A program made the translations under genes and the position numbers. The notes beneath the pieces were generated by a model, which did no database searches, was not told the DNA's origin, and saw only the letters and a program-made list of their open reading frames with translations. From Octopus vulgaris (lineage: Eukaryota), in contig OX597819.1 of the NCBI GenBank assembly GCA_951406725.2, positions 55,924,001 through 55,988,000 of the forward strand: 64,000 bases of DNA. Reading direction: 5' to 3'. This document shows positions 1 through 14,167 of the stretch, in pieces (the stretch's first letter is position 1; each line of letters starts with the position of its first letter).

Positions 1-673
1 GTCCTACTTTGTGTTCTTTCTGCCACTGCTTTTTTTTCAAAAGATACAGGGTAGATTTAACTGCTAATTGTAACAAGTCAAGCGACTCATCTAGACGTTC
101 CGTGAACCCTATACTTTTTATGTAATGGTGGTAGGCAACGTGAGCTGAGCTAAGGCAACAGGTCCTGGGGGATTACATTTAACAAGGAGGAACGTTTAAA
201 TAAAGCGTCTATTATAAGACATTGTTGGGTGGCCAGAAGAGAAGAGGCAATAATTTCAAATAAATTTCAGTGTGGACAGTACTCTGTTGCAATGTTTAGC
301 ATCAGAAGAGCTAAACATTGTCAAGTAGCAGGTGTTTTGATAGAATACTGTAGAATAAGCTACCGTTTATAGACACAGATATATGTGTACACAAAACACA
401 CAGGTCAAGTGTAGGTGTCGGTTTGTGTCTATAGTGAGATATGTCTGAGTAAAATTTCTAGAAGTGCGTATTAATGCCATAGACACCCCGTTGTCTATGC
501 GTGCTTCTGTATATAACCTTGCACCTGCGCATACGATTACACAAATCTGGCAATGGTAAACTCAGAAAGATTTCGATATAATATTCATGCATAGAGCACA
601 GACACGCGTAAGCGCAGACGCACGTTCACACTTGCATATGCGTACGTGTTTAAATGCATGGAATATGTATTTG

Positions 674-912
<239 letters not shown>

Positions 913-1074
913 AGTCGTAGGAGTGGCTATGTGGTAAGTAGCTTACTTACCAACCACATGGTTCCAGGTTCAGTTCCCACTGCGTGGCACCTTGGGCAAG
1001 TGTCTTCTACTTTAGTCTCGAGCCGACTAAAGCCTTGTGAGCGGATTTGGTAGACGGAGACTGAAAGAAGCCCG

Positions 1075-1144
<70 letters not shown>

Positions 1145-1596
1145 TTGTCCTTCCAACATCGCTTGACGACCGATGCGGGTGTTTTTAGTCCCCGTAACTT
1201 AGCGGTTCGGCAAAAGAGACCGATAGAATAAGTATTAGGCTTACAAAGAATAAGTCCTGGGGTGCTCCAGCATGGCCACAGTCAAATGACACACACACAT
1301 ACACACATAAATATGCATGTACGTATGTCTGTATCCGTCTCTTCTTTCCGTATCACTCTCTCTCTCTCTCTGTCTATAAAACTATCTATTATTGGATTGA
1401 TTTGAAAGAAAGGCCTGTAATCATGGTTTCAGGGGCCTCTCCTCTACCATGAAATTGGTGCCGTCAACTTATCTCATGAATTGCTACAAGAAATTACGGA
1501 GATGTACTTGCATAGCAAGTGATTTGATCTGAGATCGTGTGCTGAAACGAAAACAATTGCAGCGTGGAAGGTGTTTGTAAGCCATTTAAGAAACAC

Positions 1597-1814
1597 ACAA
1601 AAGCCGTTCGATTCACTTCAACATTTAAGTTTAATTTGTCAAAATATTTTCGTCGCTTTAAGACCGCGACCTGTTCACTGACAAAAAACCCGTGCTGCAT
1701 CACAATAGGTGATGCAGCACGGATTTTTGTCAGTGAACAGGTTGCGGTCTTAAAGCGATGAAAATATTTTGACAAATTAAACTTAAATGTTGAAGTGAAT
1801 CGAACGGCTTTTGT
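1597..1814. repeat. Near-perfect palindrome (about 107-bp arms, 5-nt loop)
   Basis: ACAAAAGCCGTTCG...GCATCAC aatag GTGATGC...CGAACGGCTTTTGT. The left arm belongs to a repeat starting near 1494 that recurs near 55312-55470. Confidence 0.92.
1635..1685 (-). ncRNA. Minimal hammerhead-like motif, G3-C8 variant (inverted copy at 1726-1776; partial copy near 55418-55457)
   Basis: Minus strand: TTTGTCA GTGAACA G GTCGC GGTCTTAAA GCGAC GAA AATATT T TGACAAA; 7-bp stem I, 5-bp stem II, palindromic stem III. Confidence 0.58.
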
Positions 1815-4199
1815 TACAAGAAAACATACGCAAAAAGGGAATTCCGGAGGACTGATGCCATGCGCGGTGACAGAACTGGACATAGCCGAGAGTGTTTAAA
1901 TGGAAACTGGCATGAGAGCAGTCAGTTAGCTTCGAGGAGGGAGCAGAGACTGCAGAAATGGTGTTATAATATGCAGCGAGAGGAGATAGTAGATCTATGG
2001 ACCTTTGGTTGTAGTGTGTTTATGTGGGTTATTCTACTCATTTGTGTGGCCTCTCTATGGATGTGATCTAGGGATATCTGTGGATGTAGTAGCAGCATCG
2101 TCATCTTTGATATAAGAACAGCACTCCACTGTGGATATCACCTGAAGTTTGCAGAGGACTAGTAGTTGTTGAGCATCTAAAATATGTTCCTGGATCTGAA
2201 CAGCAAGGCTAGTCTTTGCTTTGTTCAGGATACGTTCACTAGCATGTGCGTTCACTACAACGCGTGTTCACTACGATGTGCGTTCACCAGGATGTGTATT
2301 TGCCAGCATGTGTATTCATCAGGATTTGCGTTCACCATTTTCAGTGATGACAAAGTAAAGCAATTAAACCTATTGTGAGGACCTTATATGTGTGATGTTC
2401 ATCTAAAAATGCGATTGTGACGTGCAGTAATGTTTCTTGTGAGTATTGGTTGTTTCTTTTCAAATGATGAAAGAGTCAAGATTTGTATGACTCCACTAGA
2501 AAATGTTTCGAGGTTTCTGCTTATGGAGGAGTCTGTACAGATTTCACGTGGGGTGTGTAAATTACATATGGAAGACACTTTGGTGAAGATTAGTGAGGAA
2601 TAGAGAGTGGTATAAGTTTTGTAAGGGTTAAGAGTGTGCGTTGTTAGAGGTTACTATGTGCAGGATGCTGATGTATGAGTATTGAAGGTGAACGGACCCT
2701 TGGATTCATCAGTGTCAGTAGAGTATGGAGACCTTCTTCAGACACTAAGCTAGGAAGTTACCGGTCCAATAGCCGACAGACGGGAGCTTATAGCTTGGTA
2801 ATTCATCTTGCAGGTTTTTGTTCTCAACACAATTGAAACCTTTGCTGATGTCGAGGGCAACAATACTGCTTTCAAACAATTTCTCAAAGGTGAGAGCCCG
2901 CTGGTACATTAAATGGAAAAGTAGATCTTCAGTCGCTATGGCTTTACGTGAACCTTAGTGGTGGTCATTAAGGAGGAAGAAAAATTCAAAGTGTTGGAGA
3001 ACATTGTTGTTAATGGCTGTATCCATGACTTTTAAAATGCTAGAAGTGAGTGCGATAGGACGGTAGTTGACTTGGTCAGTGGAATTACAGTTCTTGAGAA
3101 TGGGACAGACTGTAGCATGTTTTTAAAGGTCAGAATATATTCTTGCAGAAAAGAAAGATTGAATAATTTAATGAGGATAAAATTTAGCTTTGTGGCACAT
3201 GATGGATAAGTGGAAGAAGGAGAATTTTCGAATATTCTTTGATATTCTTTTGTCACGGATAGGTCGCACCTTTAGTTTGGGGTTGTCAAAGTAGATATTT
3301 GCCTTTAACTCGCAGAGAGGCCGCACTATAATCTGGGGAGTTACAATGACCTCTTTATAACGTAAATATAAATATTTACTCGTTTACTCTTTTACTTGTT
3401 TCAGTCATTTGACTGCGTCGGCCATGCTGGAGCACCGCCCAGCATAATATATATATTATATATATTAGGCAGTGATGAGGGAGAAACACAAAACACACGC
3501 AGACTTAACATATACATATATATACGATTGATTTCTTTCAGTTTCTGTCTTCAAAATCCACTGATAAGGCTTTGGTTGGTCTGAGGCTATAGCAAAAGAC
3601 ACGTGCCAAGTTACCACACAGTGGGACTGAACCCAGGACCATGTGTTTTGGAACGAAGTTTGTTACCACACAGCCACACCAGCACCTATGTATGTGTGTG
3701 TGTATGGGTGTATATATGTATGCATGTATATATGTGAATATATATGTGTACATATTACAAGTACATCTATATATATATACATCTACACGTATACATGTAT
3801 ACATATACATCTATATGTATAGAAATAAATGTATGCATATAAAGCTATACACACACACACACATACATAGGTGCAGGTGTGGCTGTGTGGTAACAAACTT
3901 CGTTCCAAAACACATGGTCCTGTGTTTAAATTTAAATTTACAATAATAAGGGTGAGAAATTGAATATTAATATGATTCGATTAATATGATTAATATGAAT
4001 CGAAAACCAGTGGTGTAGCATATAAGACCATAGCGGATCTTCTAGCAAAATGGATGTCCACTGTTAATAGTTCATCTCTCTTATATAATAGTTTAACTTT
4101 AATAGTTTCAGTATTAAAGTGAAAGTATCTGACATTACAATAGAGAGATGTTTTTGTATCACTTTTAACACGTAATACTGAAATAGTGGAGAAGATATG

Positions 4200-4376
4200 A
4201 TATTGCTGTGGGCACACCCTAGGCAAGAAGTTAGAGATGTTTTTGCCCATGACACTACATGGACCCTAAGTAAGGCATGTGTAAAATTTGAATGAATTTG
4301 GTTGTGTAGTTCTCAAGTTTTAGGGAAACAGACAGACAGACACACACACACACACATTCTCAGTTTTATATATATA

Positions 4377-4378
<2 letters not shown>
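4200..4378 (+). mobile_element. Helitron/Helentron-like non-autonomous element end
   Basis: AAAATTTGAATGAATTTGGTTG..AGTT..ACAGACAGACAGAC..TTTTATATATATAGA terminal architecture. Confidence 0.45.
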
Positions 4379-4429
<51 letters not shown>

Positions 4430-4450
4430 AACACGCACACACACACGCAC

Positions 4451-4492
<42 letters not shown>

Positions 4493-4586
4493 GCAAACAA
4501 ATATAACATATCTAGACACAAATGTAAATTTTATATATATATATATACATATGTGACACAAATGTAAATTTTATATATATATATAT

Positions 4587-4650
<64 letters not shown>

Positions 4651-5022
4651 GTGTGTGTGTGTGTGTGTGTTTACATATGTATTCGTGCATAAACACACAC
4701 ACTCACAGACACACATGTATGTACACACATTAATATAAACTGTGTTCTATACACCATAAGAATATGTGCTCACAAATGAATAATAATTTGTTACATAGGT
4801 CAAACGATCACCGAAAACCCAGTCAAAACACACACACACACACGCACAAGCACTACAGTATCAGCACGTTAGTTAAAAGTACATTTCTCTGTACAAGCTA
4901 AAAGTATGGATATAAGTTGGTGCATGCTTGCGTTCACATGCAGGTGTATATGCTTGTGTGGGTATGTGTGGGTACGTATGTGCATTTGTATGTCTGATTG
5001 TGTGCGTGTGTGTATATATATG

Positions 5023-5080
<58 letters not shown>

Positions 5081-5276
5081 TATCTTCACCTGTGCTAAGA
5101 ATGAAAATAAATGTCCTCTCCCCATTTCTATGTCTGATTATCTGCAAAGCATTGCATTTGTTTTCATAGAATGAATTCTTGTTTAGACAGCTGTTTGCAT
5201 AGTATAACAAACACGACAGAGTACAATTCCGTTTAAGCGGTAACAAAAGGAATAAAATCGTTACTTATTCTTACAG

Positions 5277-5366
5277 GTGAGCGCCAGCAGGAAGCTGCAG
5301 TTGCTAAGCGGAAGAAGAGAAATATGTGTTGCAAGCCGACGACGGAGCACTTGTGTTGTCGTCTAA
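5277..5366 (+). CDS. Possible short terminal exon
   Basis: TTACTTATTCTTACAG acceptor; phase 0 gives VSASRKLQLLSGRREICVASRRRSTCVVV*. No partner exon identified. Confidence 0.22.
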   Translation: MSASRKLQLLSGRREICVASRRRSTCVVV

Positions 5367-5557
5367 GCTTGTTAGAAAGTCTAATACAAAGGAAAGAGTG
5401 GCAAACCTGGTTATTTGATATAAAAGTTTGCTTCTCAACCGCTTAGTTCCATGTTTGATGTAAATATGCGTTAACTTGGGCAAGTGTCTTTCGCTATAGG
5501 TTCGGATGGACCAATCCATTGTGAATGAAATCCGTTTGACCAAAACTACATGGGTGC

Positions 5558-5649
<92 letters not shown>

Positions 5650-5681
5650 TCTCCGGCGTTCTAACGATTCTTCAGTTCGCC

Positions 5682-5749
<68 letters not shown>

Positions 5750-5956
5750 ATATTATACATAATACATATATGTATATATATATATGTGTGTGTGTGTGCG
5801 CGCGTGTGTGTGTGTGTAGTGAAACTTATAGAAAAACAGAAGACGAAGATAGGTGTATGAACAACAAGCAAGTGTATTAGTTTGACGTTCGAGAAAAGGA
5901 AAAGGTCTTTTATGTTTCGAGTCTACGCTCTTCAATAGAAAGGAATACGAGAAAAT

Positions 5957-6026
<70 letters not shown>

Positions 6027-6084
6027 AAAAACTTGTAAATTTCAGCGGTCCGTGTGTGTCTATCTGTCTGTCTGTCTCGGCGTT

Positions 6085-6452
6085 GTTCGGGTTTGTTTCT
6101 ACCCTTTAGAATTGGAATTTTTGAAAAGTAAAAACTTTGCATTATGTAGCTTGTTATTCTCTTTAAGTGAACATTTTCTGGTTGAAATACATCGAAAAAC
6201 GGCGACACAGCAGTCAAAAAGTCGCAAAAAATAGGGATTTTCATAGAAAAAAAGCACCTTTTTGATGTAAATAATATTTGATGTTAACATGGTCCGATTT
6301 GAATTTTTTCTTCTACGAAAGGAAGAGCAAGCCTTCTTCTATCATACTTTCAATTTTGGTCAACTTGCGCCGCAGGATCTCGGAGGAGATAGTGTTAGTT
6401 GAAGGCTACCAAACTTGCCATACACAGACAACTTCAACTTTATATATAGAGA
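6085..6452 (+). mobile_element. Helitron/Helentron-like non-autonomous element
   Basis: Same terminal architecture as 4200-4378 (..AATTTTGGTCAA..GGAGGAGAT..ACAGACAACTTCAACTTTATATATAGA). Confidence 0.4.
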
Positions 6453-6455
6453 GAT

Positions 6456-6519
<64 letters not shown>

Positions 6520-9500
6520 GTGTGTAAGTGTGTGAGTGTGTTTGTGTCAGTGTGTTTTCATGCATGCATTTATATATCTACATAATTTCATTACTGAATT
6601 TGTTTTGTAAGAATGTTAAAGTGAAACGGAAATATATGTACCTCGGTGAGTCATTTTGCCGACACACACACATACAGAGTTTGTCAATCTTACAATTAAC
6701 TAATCGATTTTTTAAGGCCATTAATAATTTCCACTGCAATCTATGGGTGCGAATCATGGTAATCAAAATGCTGAAAAGTAAGGAAAAAAATCTCCGATTT
6801 AGAAATGAAATGTTATAGGATTCATATTATCCTGTCTAACTGAATTAATAATAGTGTTGTGAAGAAACTATTGGAAGGCTGCTAACAAAAAATATCCCTG
6901 CCAAATGTCATACAAATTTAGACACTTCGAGAGAGCATAAAATAATTTTTCCTTTGGAACGGTTCAACTCCAAGCAGCGTCTACTATAAAACAGTTGCAT
7001 GTAAACATTGGATCGATTAAGTTGAAAGCTGCACGTGAGACACGAACTCTTGCCTTCTGTAAACATGACAACGGTTCTGCCATTGGCCCATAGCAAATCT
7101 TCGCATTTCCCTATCCAGTTTAGAAACTTTATTCTTACCAGCTAAAATTGTATGTTGCTGACATCATAAGAATTTAGAAACTTCGAGAGAACATGAAATA
7201 ATTCCTTTTTTTTGGAACGGTTTTACTCGAAGCAGATAAAGTTATGAATAATAGTGAGTAAAAATTATGTTAGAAATACTTTGGATTAAAGAAACCGGCA
7301 GTAGTCGACCTTTCCTATTCAAAGTTATTTTACGCCCAATATTCACACGCTATTATTTATAGCACTATCTTATTTCTTTATTGCTCACAAGGGGCTAAAC
7401 ATAGGGGGGACAAACAACGACAGACAAAGGGATTAAGTCGATTATATCGACCCCAGTGAGTAACTGGTTCTTAATTTATCGACCCCGAAAGGATGAAAGG
7501 CAAAGTCGATCTCGGCGGAATTTGAACTCAAAACGTATCGGCAGACGAAATACCTATTTCTCTACTACCCACAAGGGGCTAAACACAAAGAGGACAAAAC
7601 AAGGACAGACAAATGGATTAAGTCGATTATATCGACCCCAGTGCGTAACTGGTACTTATTTAATCGACCCTGAAAAGATGAAAGGCAAAGTCGACCTTGT
7701 CGGAATTTGAACTCAGAACGTAACGGCAGCCGAAATACCGCTAAGCATTTCGCCCGGCGTGTTAATGTTTCTGTCAGGTCGCTGTTTTATAGCTATATCT
7801 GCTTCGAGATCCACTGCTGCTGCTGCAAAAAAAAAAAAAAAAGAAAAAAAGAAAAAAAGGATCACTTCTGTTAGATTTATTTAGTAGTGGCCATATAATT
7901 GGTTTGATCATATAACACTTCACCAAGACACACACTCTCTCTGATGGATTAGTGAAGAGGTGCGGGTACAACACCGAACTTCAGGATACTGATCGTTCGG
8001 AATCTCTTGTAATCCGCACTAATTTACGAAAAGGAAATTTAATATCCCGCGATCACCAGACTAGTTTACGGGTAGCTTGCACACACTAGTGCCTTTCTAT
8101 TAAAGACACAAGGCTTGAAATTTTGGGGGAGGAGACATATCGATTACATCAACTCCAGTACATGACTAGTACTAAATTTATCGATCTAGAAAGGATGAAA
8201 AGCAAAGTCGACCTCGGCGGAATTTGAACTCAGAACGTAAAGACAGACGAAATGCAGCTAAAAATTTTGCCCGGCGTGCTAACGATTCTTTTCTACTCTA
8301 GGCACAAAGCCCGAAATTTTTGGGGAGGGGACTAGTCGATTATATTGACTCCAGTACGCAAGTGGTACTTAATTTATCGACCCCGAATGGATGAAAAACA
8401 AAGTCGACCTCGCCGGAATTTGAACTCAGAACGTGAAGAGACGGACGAAATGCCGCTAAGCATTTCGCCCGGCGTTCTAACGATTCTGCCAGTTCACCGC
8501 CGTGTATCATTTACTATCATGTGCTAGTACTTTCCATTTCATGGAATTATTTAAGTAAACTTAATATTTGTTTGATTTAAGGCGGCGAGCTGACAGAATC
8601 GTTAGCACGCCTGGGAAAGTTCTTAGCGGCATTTTCTCATCTTAATCGTTAGCACGCCGGGAAAAGTGCTTAGCGGTATTTCGTCTGCAGCTACGTTCTG
8701 AGTTCAAATTCCGCCGAGGTGAACTTTGCCTTTCATCCTTTCGGGATCGATTAAATAAGTACCAGTTACGCACTGGGGTCGATATAATCGACTTAATCTG
8801 TTTGTCTGTCCTTGTTTGTCCTCTCTGTGTTTAGCCCCTTGTGGGTAGTAGAGAAATAGGTATTTCGTCTGCCGTTACGTTTTGAGTTCAAATTCCACCG
8901 TTAATCTGTTTGTCTGTCCTTGTTTGTCCTCTCTGTGTTTAGCCCCTTGTGGGTAGTAAAGAAATAGATAATTCATTCAAATTTACATTCTGAGTTCAAA
9001 TTCCGCCGAGATTTAGTTTGCCTTTCATACTTTCGAAGTCGATAAATCAAATACCAGTAAGTCGATGTAATCGACTTACTCATCTCACCAACCTGCTGGC
9101 CTCGTGCCTAAATGTTAAATCAATGTTTGTTTAATTTAGAGTGTGTTGACCAAAAGTGACATGGACGGTTTTGGTGAAATTAGAAAAGGCTTTTGAACCA
9201 GAAGTTTTGGAAAAATCGATGCTGTATGTGTATGGGAATATCACAAAATGAACGATTGTGTAATGCCAAAGGATGAGCGGAGAAATATGATGGTGGATAA
9301 GATAGCGGGAGAAGATTGTGTCACTTGTTGTGCATATAAGGACGCTTTTTGTTACACTAAGGATTTAGCTAGGATTGAGCTAGGATTGCCATAATATTAG
9401 TTGCAAATCTAAGAATCTTGCTAGCTTATTAAAAAAAAAAAAAGTAACAGCTTCAACGTTATAATTTTGCTCTTGTGCTAAATCTTACATGAGCAAATGT

Positions 9501-9558
9501 CACTATAAATCTTTGTTAGATTCACACGCACACACGCACGCACGCACACACACACACA

Positions 9559-9603
<45 letters not shown>

Positions 9604-9604
9604 C

Positions 9605-10072
9605 TGTCGGAGCTATGAGGACTGTATAGTCATCAGTAAGATGACTGATGACCTGCACGGTGACTTTCTTTAAAGTGAATAAGAGTTGCGTCTCGTTGAC
9701 CTCATTATCCCGTTTCCGACCATCTCCACTCCGTGACAAAAACCGGATCGAGACGATTGAGAATGAAGATGAGTGAAATGGATGACCATAATGTCTTACT
9801 CGTACTTGCGTCTCATCCTGTTCTCAGTACTCTACAATGCGTTGCTGTAAACGTCTTCTCCGTTGAACCATGAAGGTTTCTTCCGCAGACTCTACTGGAA
9901 CCAGTCTTCACACGTGTACATAGGTAAGCCCTAATATGCTAATTTACCATATAAGGGCGGGGGTACCCTGACAAGTGCTATTATTCCAGGTTAGAGTAGG
10001 TCTGTGAACAATAGTGCCTAAGATGTGGTCCTACGCTCCTCAAAATCCTGTCGGGTGACTTTGGGCCAACCC
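9605..10072 (-). mobile_element. Tc1/mariner-like remnant with one terminus
   Basis: Minus-strand TA|CAGGGTTGGCCCAAAGTCACC terminus at 10072; only weak resemblance of the internal translation to the WPPxSPDLNPLD region. Confidence 0.5.
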
Positions 10073-12227
10073 TGTATATATATATATATATAAGGAGAGA
10101 GAGAGAGACAGACAGAGAGGGAGAGACGGACAGACAGACAGAGAAGGAGAGAGAGAGAGAGAGACAGAGAGCTATTTCGCGCACACATTCTCTTTATTAT
10201 AAGCTGTACAAAGTCATTTTTCAATGGTCTTAGAAAGGGGTTTCTTTGAATTGAAACAAAAATAGTCTTGTACATACTGGTAGAACAATTGTAACTGTGA
10301 TGACGACAGTGACTAAATATATTAAAATTTCGTTTTCTCAAAAACATAGACGAAACCATTTCATTAGTCTTTAGAGACGAAATCCACAAAAGGCTTTTTT
10401 AAAAAGAACACCAAGTGATGTAATCAATGTTTAAACAGACTGACAAATACGTGGCCTTGTATACGGACTTTGTTAAGATCCAGTAATGCCAGGAATTCAT
10501 TAGAGATCACGCGGAGAATATATCTCGTTTGTTTGTCATGTTTAACTTGATCACAGTTTTGGAGAGTGGACACAACTTCTACTTAGAGACATTAGATTCA
10601 ATAATACAATAGGCTAATAAAAATATTCCGTTACACAAAAGTCACGAAGACTATTGAATATTTCATATTTATTTTGTATGTCAAGAGGAGAAAGTAAACT
10701 TCTGTGTGTGATAGTGGTGGTGGTGGGAGAAGGTTTCTTTAAATTGCTGGCAACTATACTAGCTGAAATAACTAGCAGCTGAAATAACAAGAGTCAGTCG
10801 TTAGTGATAGTGAAAAAAAAAAAAAAGACACAAACAAAACAAAATAATCACTAATATATATGAAGTGAGGAACAGCGACTATAAGCCTTAATGACCGAGA
10901 CTATCTTAATTTGAATTTTGAAATTATTGGTGACAACTCCAGTCATGTTCCGGTCTTATTTGACCTTCTCAACCAAACATAACTCTAACCGTTATTATTA
11001 ATGATCCATTATCACTTATTTGGGTGGAGGTGCGTTGCTTAGTGGTTGGGGGTGTCAGCACCAGGATCGTAAGATTGGGGTTTCGGTTCCTGGATCGGGC
11101 GACGCGTTGTGTTCTTGAGCAAAACACTTCATTTCACGTTGCTCCGGTCCACTCAGCTGGCAAAAATGAGTAACGCTGCGATGGACTGGCGTCCCGTCCA
11201 GCTGGGGAACACATACGCCATAGAAAGAAACCGGTCCCATGACCCTGGCTAGGCTTTGAAAGGGCGCATTTATTATTTTATTATCACTTATTTGGTAAGG
11301 TGACAAATTGACATAGTCGTTAGAACATCGGATGAAACGTCATAGGGCATTTTATCCGTCTTTATGCCCTCTGAGTCAAACTTCTGTCGATGTAAACTTT
11401 GCTTTGCATCCTTTCTAAATCGAAATAAAGTACCTATTCAGCAACTGGGTCGATTCTTCTCTTCCCCTCTGTCTATCCTTCTTGAAAGAAACCAGCCGTG
11501 TTCAGGCTAAAAGAGGGATGGGCTTCGTTAAGTTTTAAGTACACAAGACGCACCGAATAGTCAAACAGCGTTGCTACGATTCCACTAGGAATGGAGGGAC
11601 AAAGGAAAGGAGAATTTCGGCAAATACGGCGAAGAAAGCAATGTTTCGCTGATGTGACCTCATAAGACATAAACATGTCCTAAGTTGTTACACATGATTT
11701 TCACAGTAAAACTGAAATAATGAGACAAGTCATTGAGATAAGGGTTTCTTCCATTTTCAAATAGAAAGTATTAGTCATTAATTAAATTTCCTTCATCACT
11801 ACATTAAGTATGACACTATCTTAACGAGAGACACGCTTGATGGTGAAATTCTATCCATTAGCAATTAGTTCCTAAATGAAATTCACTCAGCTGTTATAAA
11901 TCCACAACATACAGTTGTTACTGCATTAAATTGGAGCCTGTGTATGTTAATGTATGTTGTTCATCATCTTGACATCTTTGTGGTGTTACACATACAATTG
12001 AAATATTGTTTTCCGTTCATTTCTTTTTTATTGTCGGGAATAAAATTACAACAGTCGTATGATACTATCTTCTAAATAAATAAATAAATAAATAAATAAC
12101 TACTGTTAGGGAGCAGAAGATAGCCACAACAGTAAAGAACCGTAGTTACGTAGATTCGGAACCTCACTGTTTGTGTTCAATATCTGTTGGAATTAACTAG
12201 ACCTTTCATCTATCTGTGGTCGTTTAA

Positions 12228-12283
<56 letters not shown>

Positions 12284-12404
12284 TTTCTAAATTGAATTCT
12301 TTTTCCATGTAAGTTTGGATTTTATTCCCTCAAATAATAATTATACATATACACATATATAAATGAAAAGTCCATTAAATACTACAAAACATACACGTAG
12401 GACA

Positions 12405-12587
12405 GACACAAAGACCCTGATGCTTCGTCAGTTATCGACCAAAACTACTAATACCCAGTTTCGTGCCCTTAACGATAAAACTGGGAACTTCGTATTGCGG
12501 CGGCTCCCGTAATATTTGCGTAGAATTAGGACTCGAAGTATTAGTATTTTTGGCCGATAACTGACGAAGCATTAGGCTCCTTGTGTC
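12405..12587. repeat. Inverted repeat (about 50-bp arms)
   Basis: GACACAAAGACCCTGATGCTTCGTCAGTTATCGACCAAAACTACTAATAC versus GTATTAGTATTTTTGGCCGATAACTGACGAAGCATTAGGCTCCTTGTGTC. Confidence 0.85.
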
Positions 12588-12836
12588 AGGAATAGAAATA
12601 GAAAAAGTCTTTTACGTTTCGAGCCTACGCTCTTCGACAGAAAGATACACAGAAAAAACAAGGAGAGAAACAAGGAGAGAAAAAAATGCGTGTAGGAGCT
12701 AACGATCTATCATGGCGTCCTGACTTCGGACAATGGTCAGACGTAAGAGGGACAGTAGGGGAGATAACAGGGTCAAGTGACTTCCAATACGAAGGTGCCC
12801 CCAACACAAAAGTGCGTGTGTGTATAAGAGAGTATA

Positions 12837-12888
<52 letters not shown>

Positions 12889-12953
12889 TATATGTATATT
12901 TCAGAACATGAGTTCTACACCAGTTTATTAGTCTCGCAATGCCTAAGCGAAAC

Positions 12954-12999
<46 letters not shown>

Positions 13000-13771
13000 G
13001 ATTTTTATCACTGTATCGACAAGACCGTCGAATGTTGTTATACGTCGCTGATCACAATGCGCTTCCTCGCAATTTCTTTAGCTTTCCAATGATACCATCC
13101 CGTTGATTAGGCATTATATATATATATTCCGAAATATATTATGGACCATATATTTAATACAACGTGTGTTTCTAGATTAGCCCAAGGGCTGATGATGTAC
13201 TCATTTGGGGTCAGTTAATTGTATACATAACCTGAAAATCTTTCTGTCTGTACTTCGGTACCAATGTTAATATTCGTCTATAGTTGCTGTGTATTCATTT
13301 CAATTTTGACCCGACTCGGTGCCTTACCATTTAAGCGCCTTAGTCACCCGAAGCTTAATGTATTATATATATACATGTTGTCTTTCTTGGCTCATACTGT
13401 ACATGAAAAATATCTCACCTCTCCATCTCACCAACTTCGATGCATCTAAATACTGCTGTGTAAGCGTTACTTTCAGAAAGCAGAAAGCCGATGCTCTGTG
13501 TTCTGAAGCCATTGTAATCGCATCACGACCAAACCTCATAAAAATTCCAACGACCACCGCCATGGACAGCGAATTCATAAACATATATATAATAATATAT
13601 ATATATATATATATATATAGGTTGGTATATATATGTATGTATACATATGCACACACACACTCACACATGTACATGCATACAGGTATATGTATGTACATGT
13701 AAATGTATAAATGAATATATATTTGCATGCATGTTTGTATATATACGTACATATATATATATATATATGCA

Positions 13772-13816
<45 letters not shown>

Positions 13817-13822
13817 ATGTAA

Positions 13823-13921
<99 letters not shown>

Positions 13922-14086
13922 TGTTTATGTACACCGAATCTTTCATCTCACAAGTCTGTCAGTTTTCCCTGTAATATATAATTCAGTGTTGAATTCTGAC
14001 TCATTTGTAGGGCAGTTTCTACTCGTATCTATGCAGTGGAATGCATATAATATTGTACTTACATACACTACCCGCCTCCTCCACAC

Positions 14087-14167
<81 letters not shown>

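Noticed and set aside
6917-7235. ~60-bp diverged direct repeat at ~255-bp spacing
   Set aside because: Old local duplication with no further structure.
11635-11678. Minus-strand CTTATGA..GAAACAT motif
   Set aside because: G5 missing and no stem II.
13160-13245. CTGATGA-TGTA..TACA possible hammerhead
   Set aside because: GAAA does not follow stem II and stems I and III do not form.
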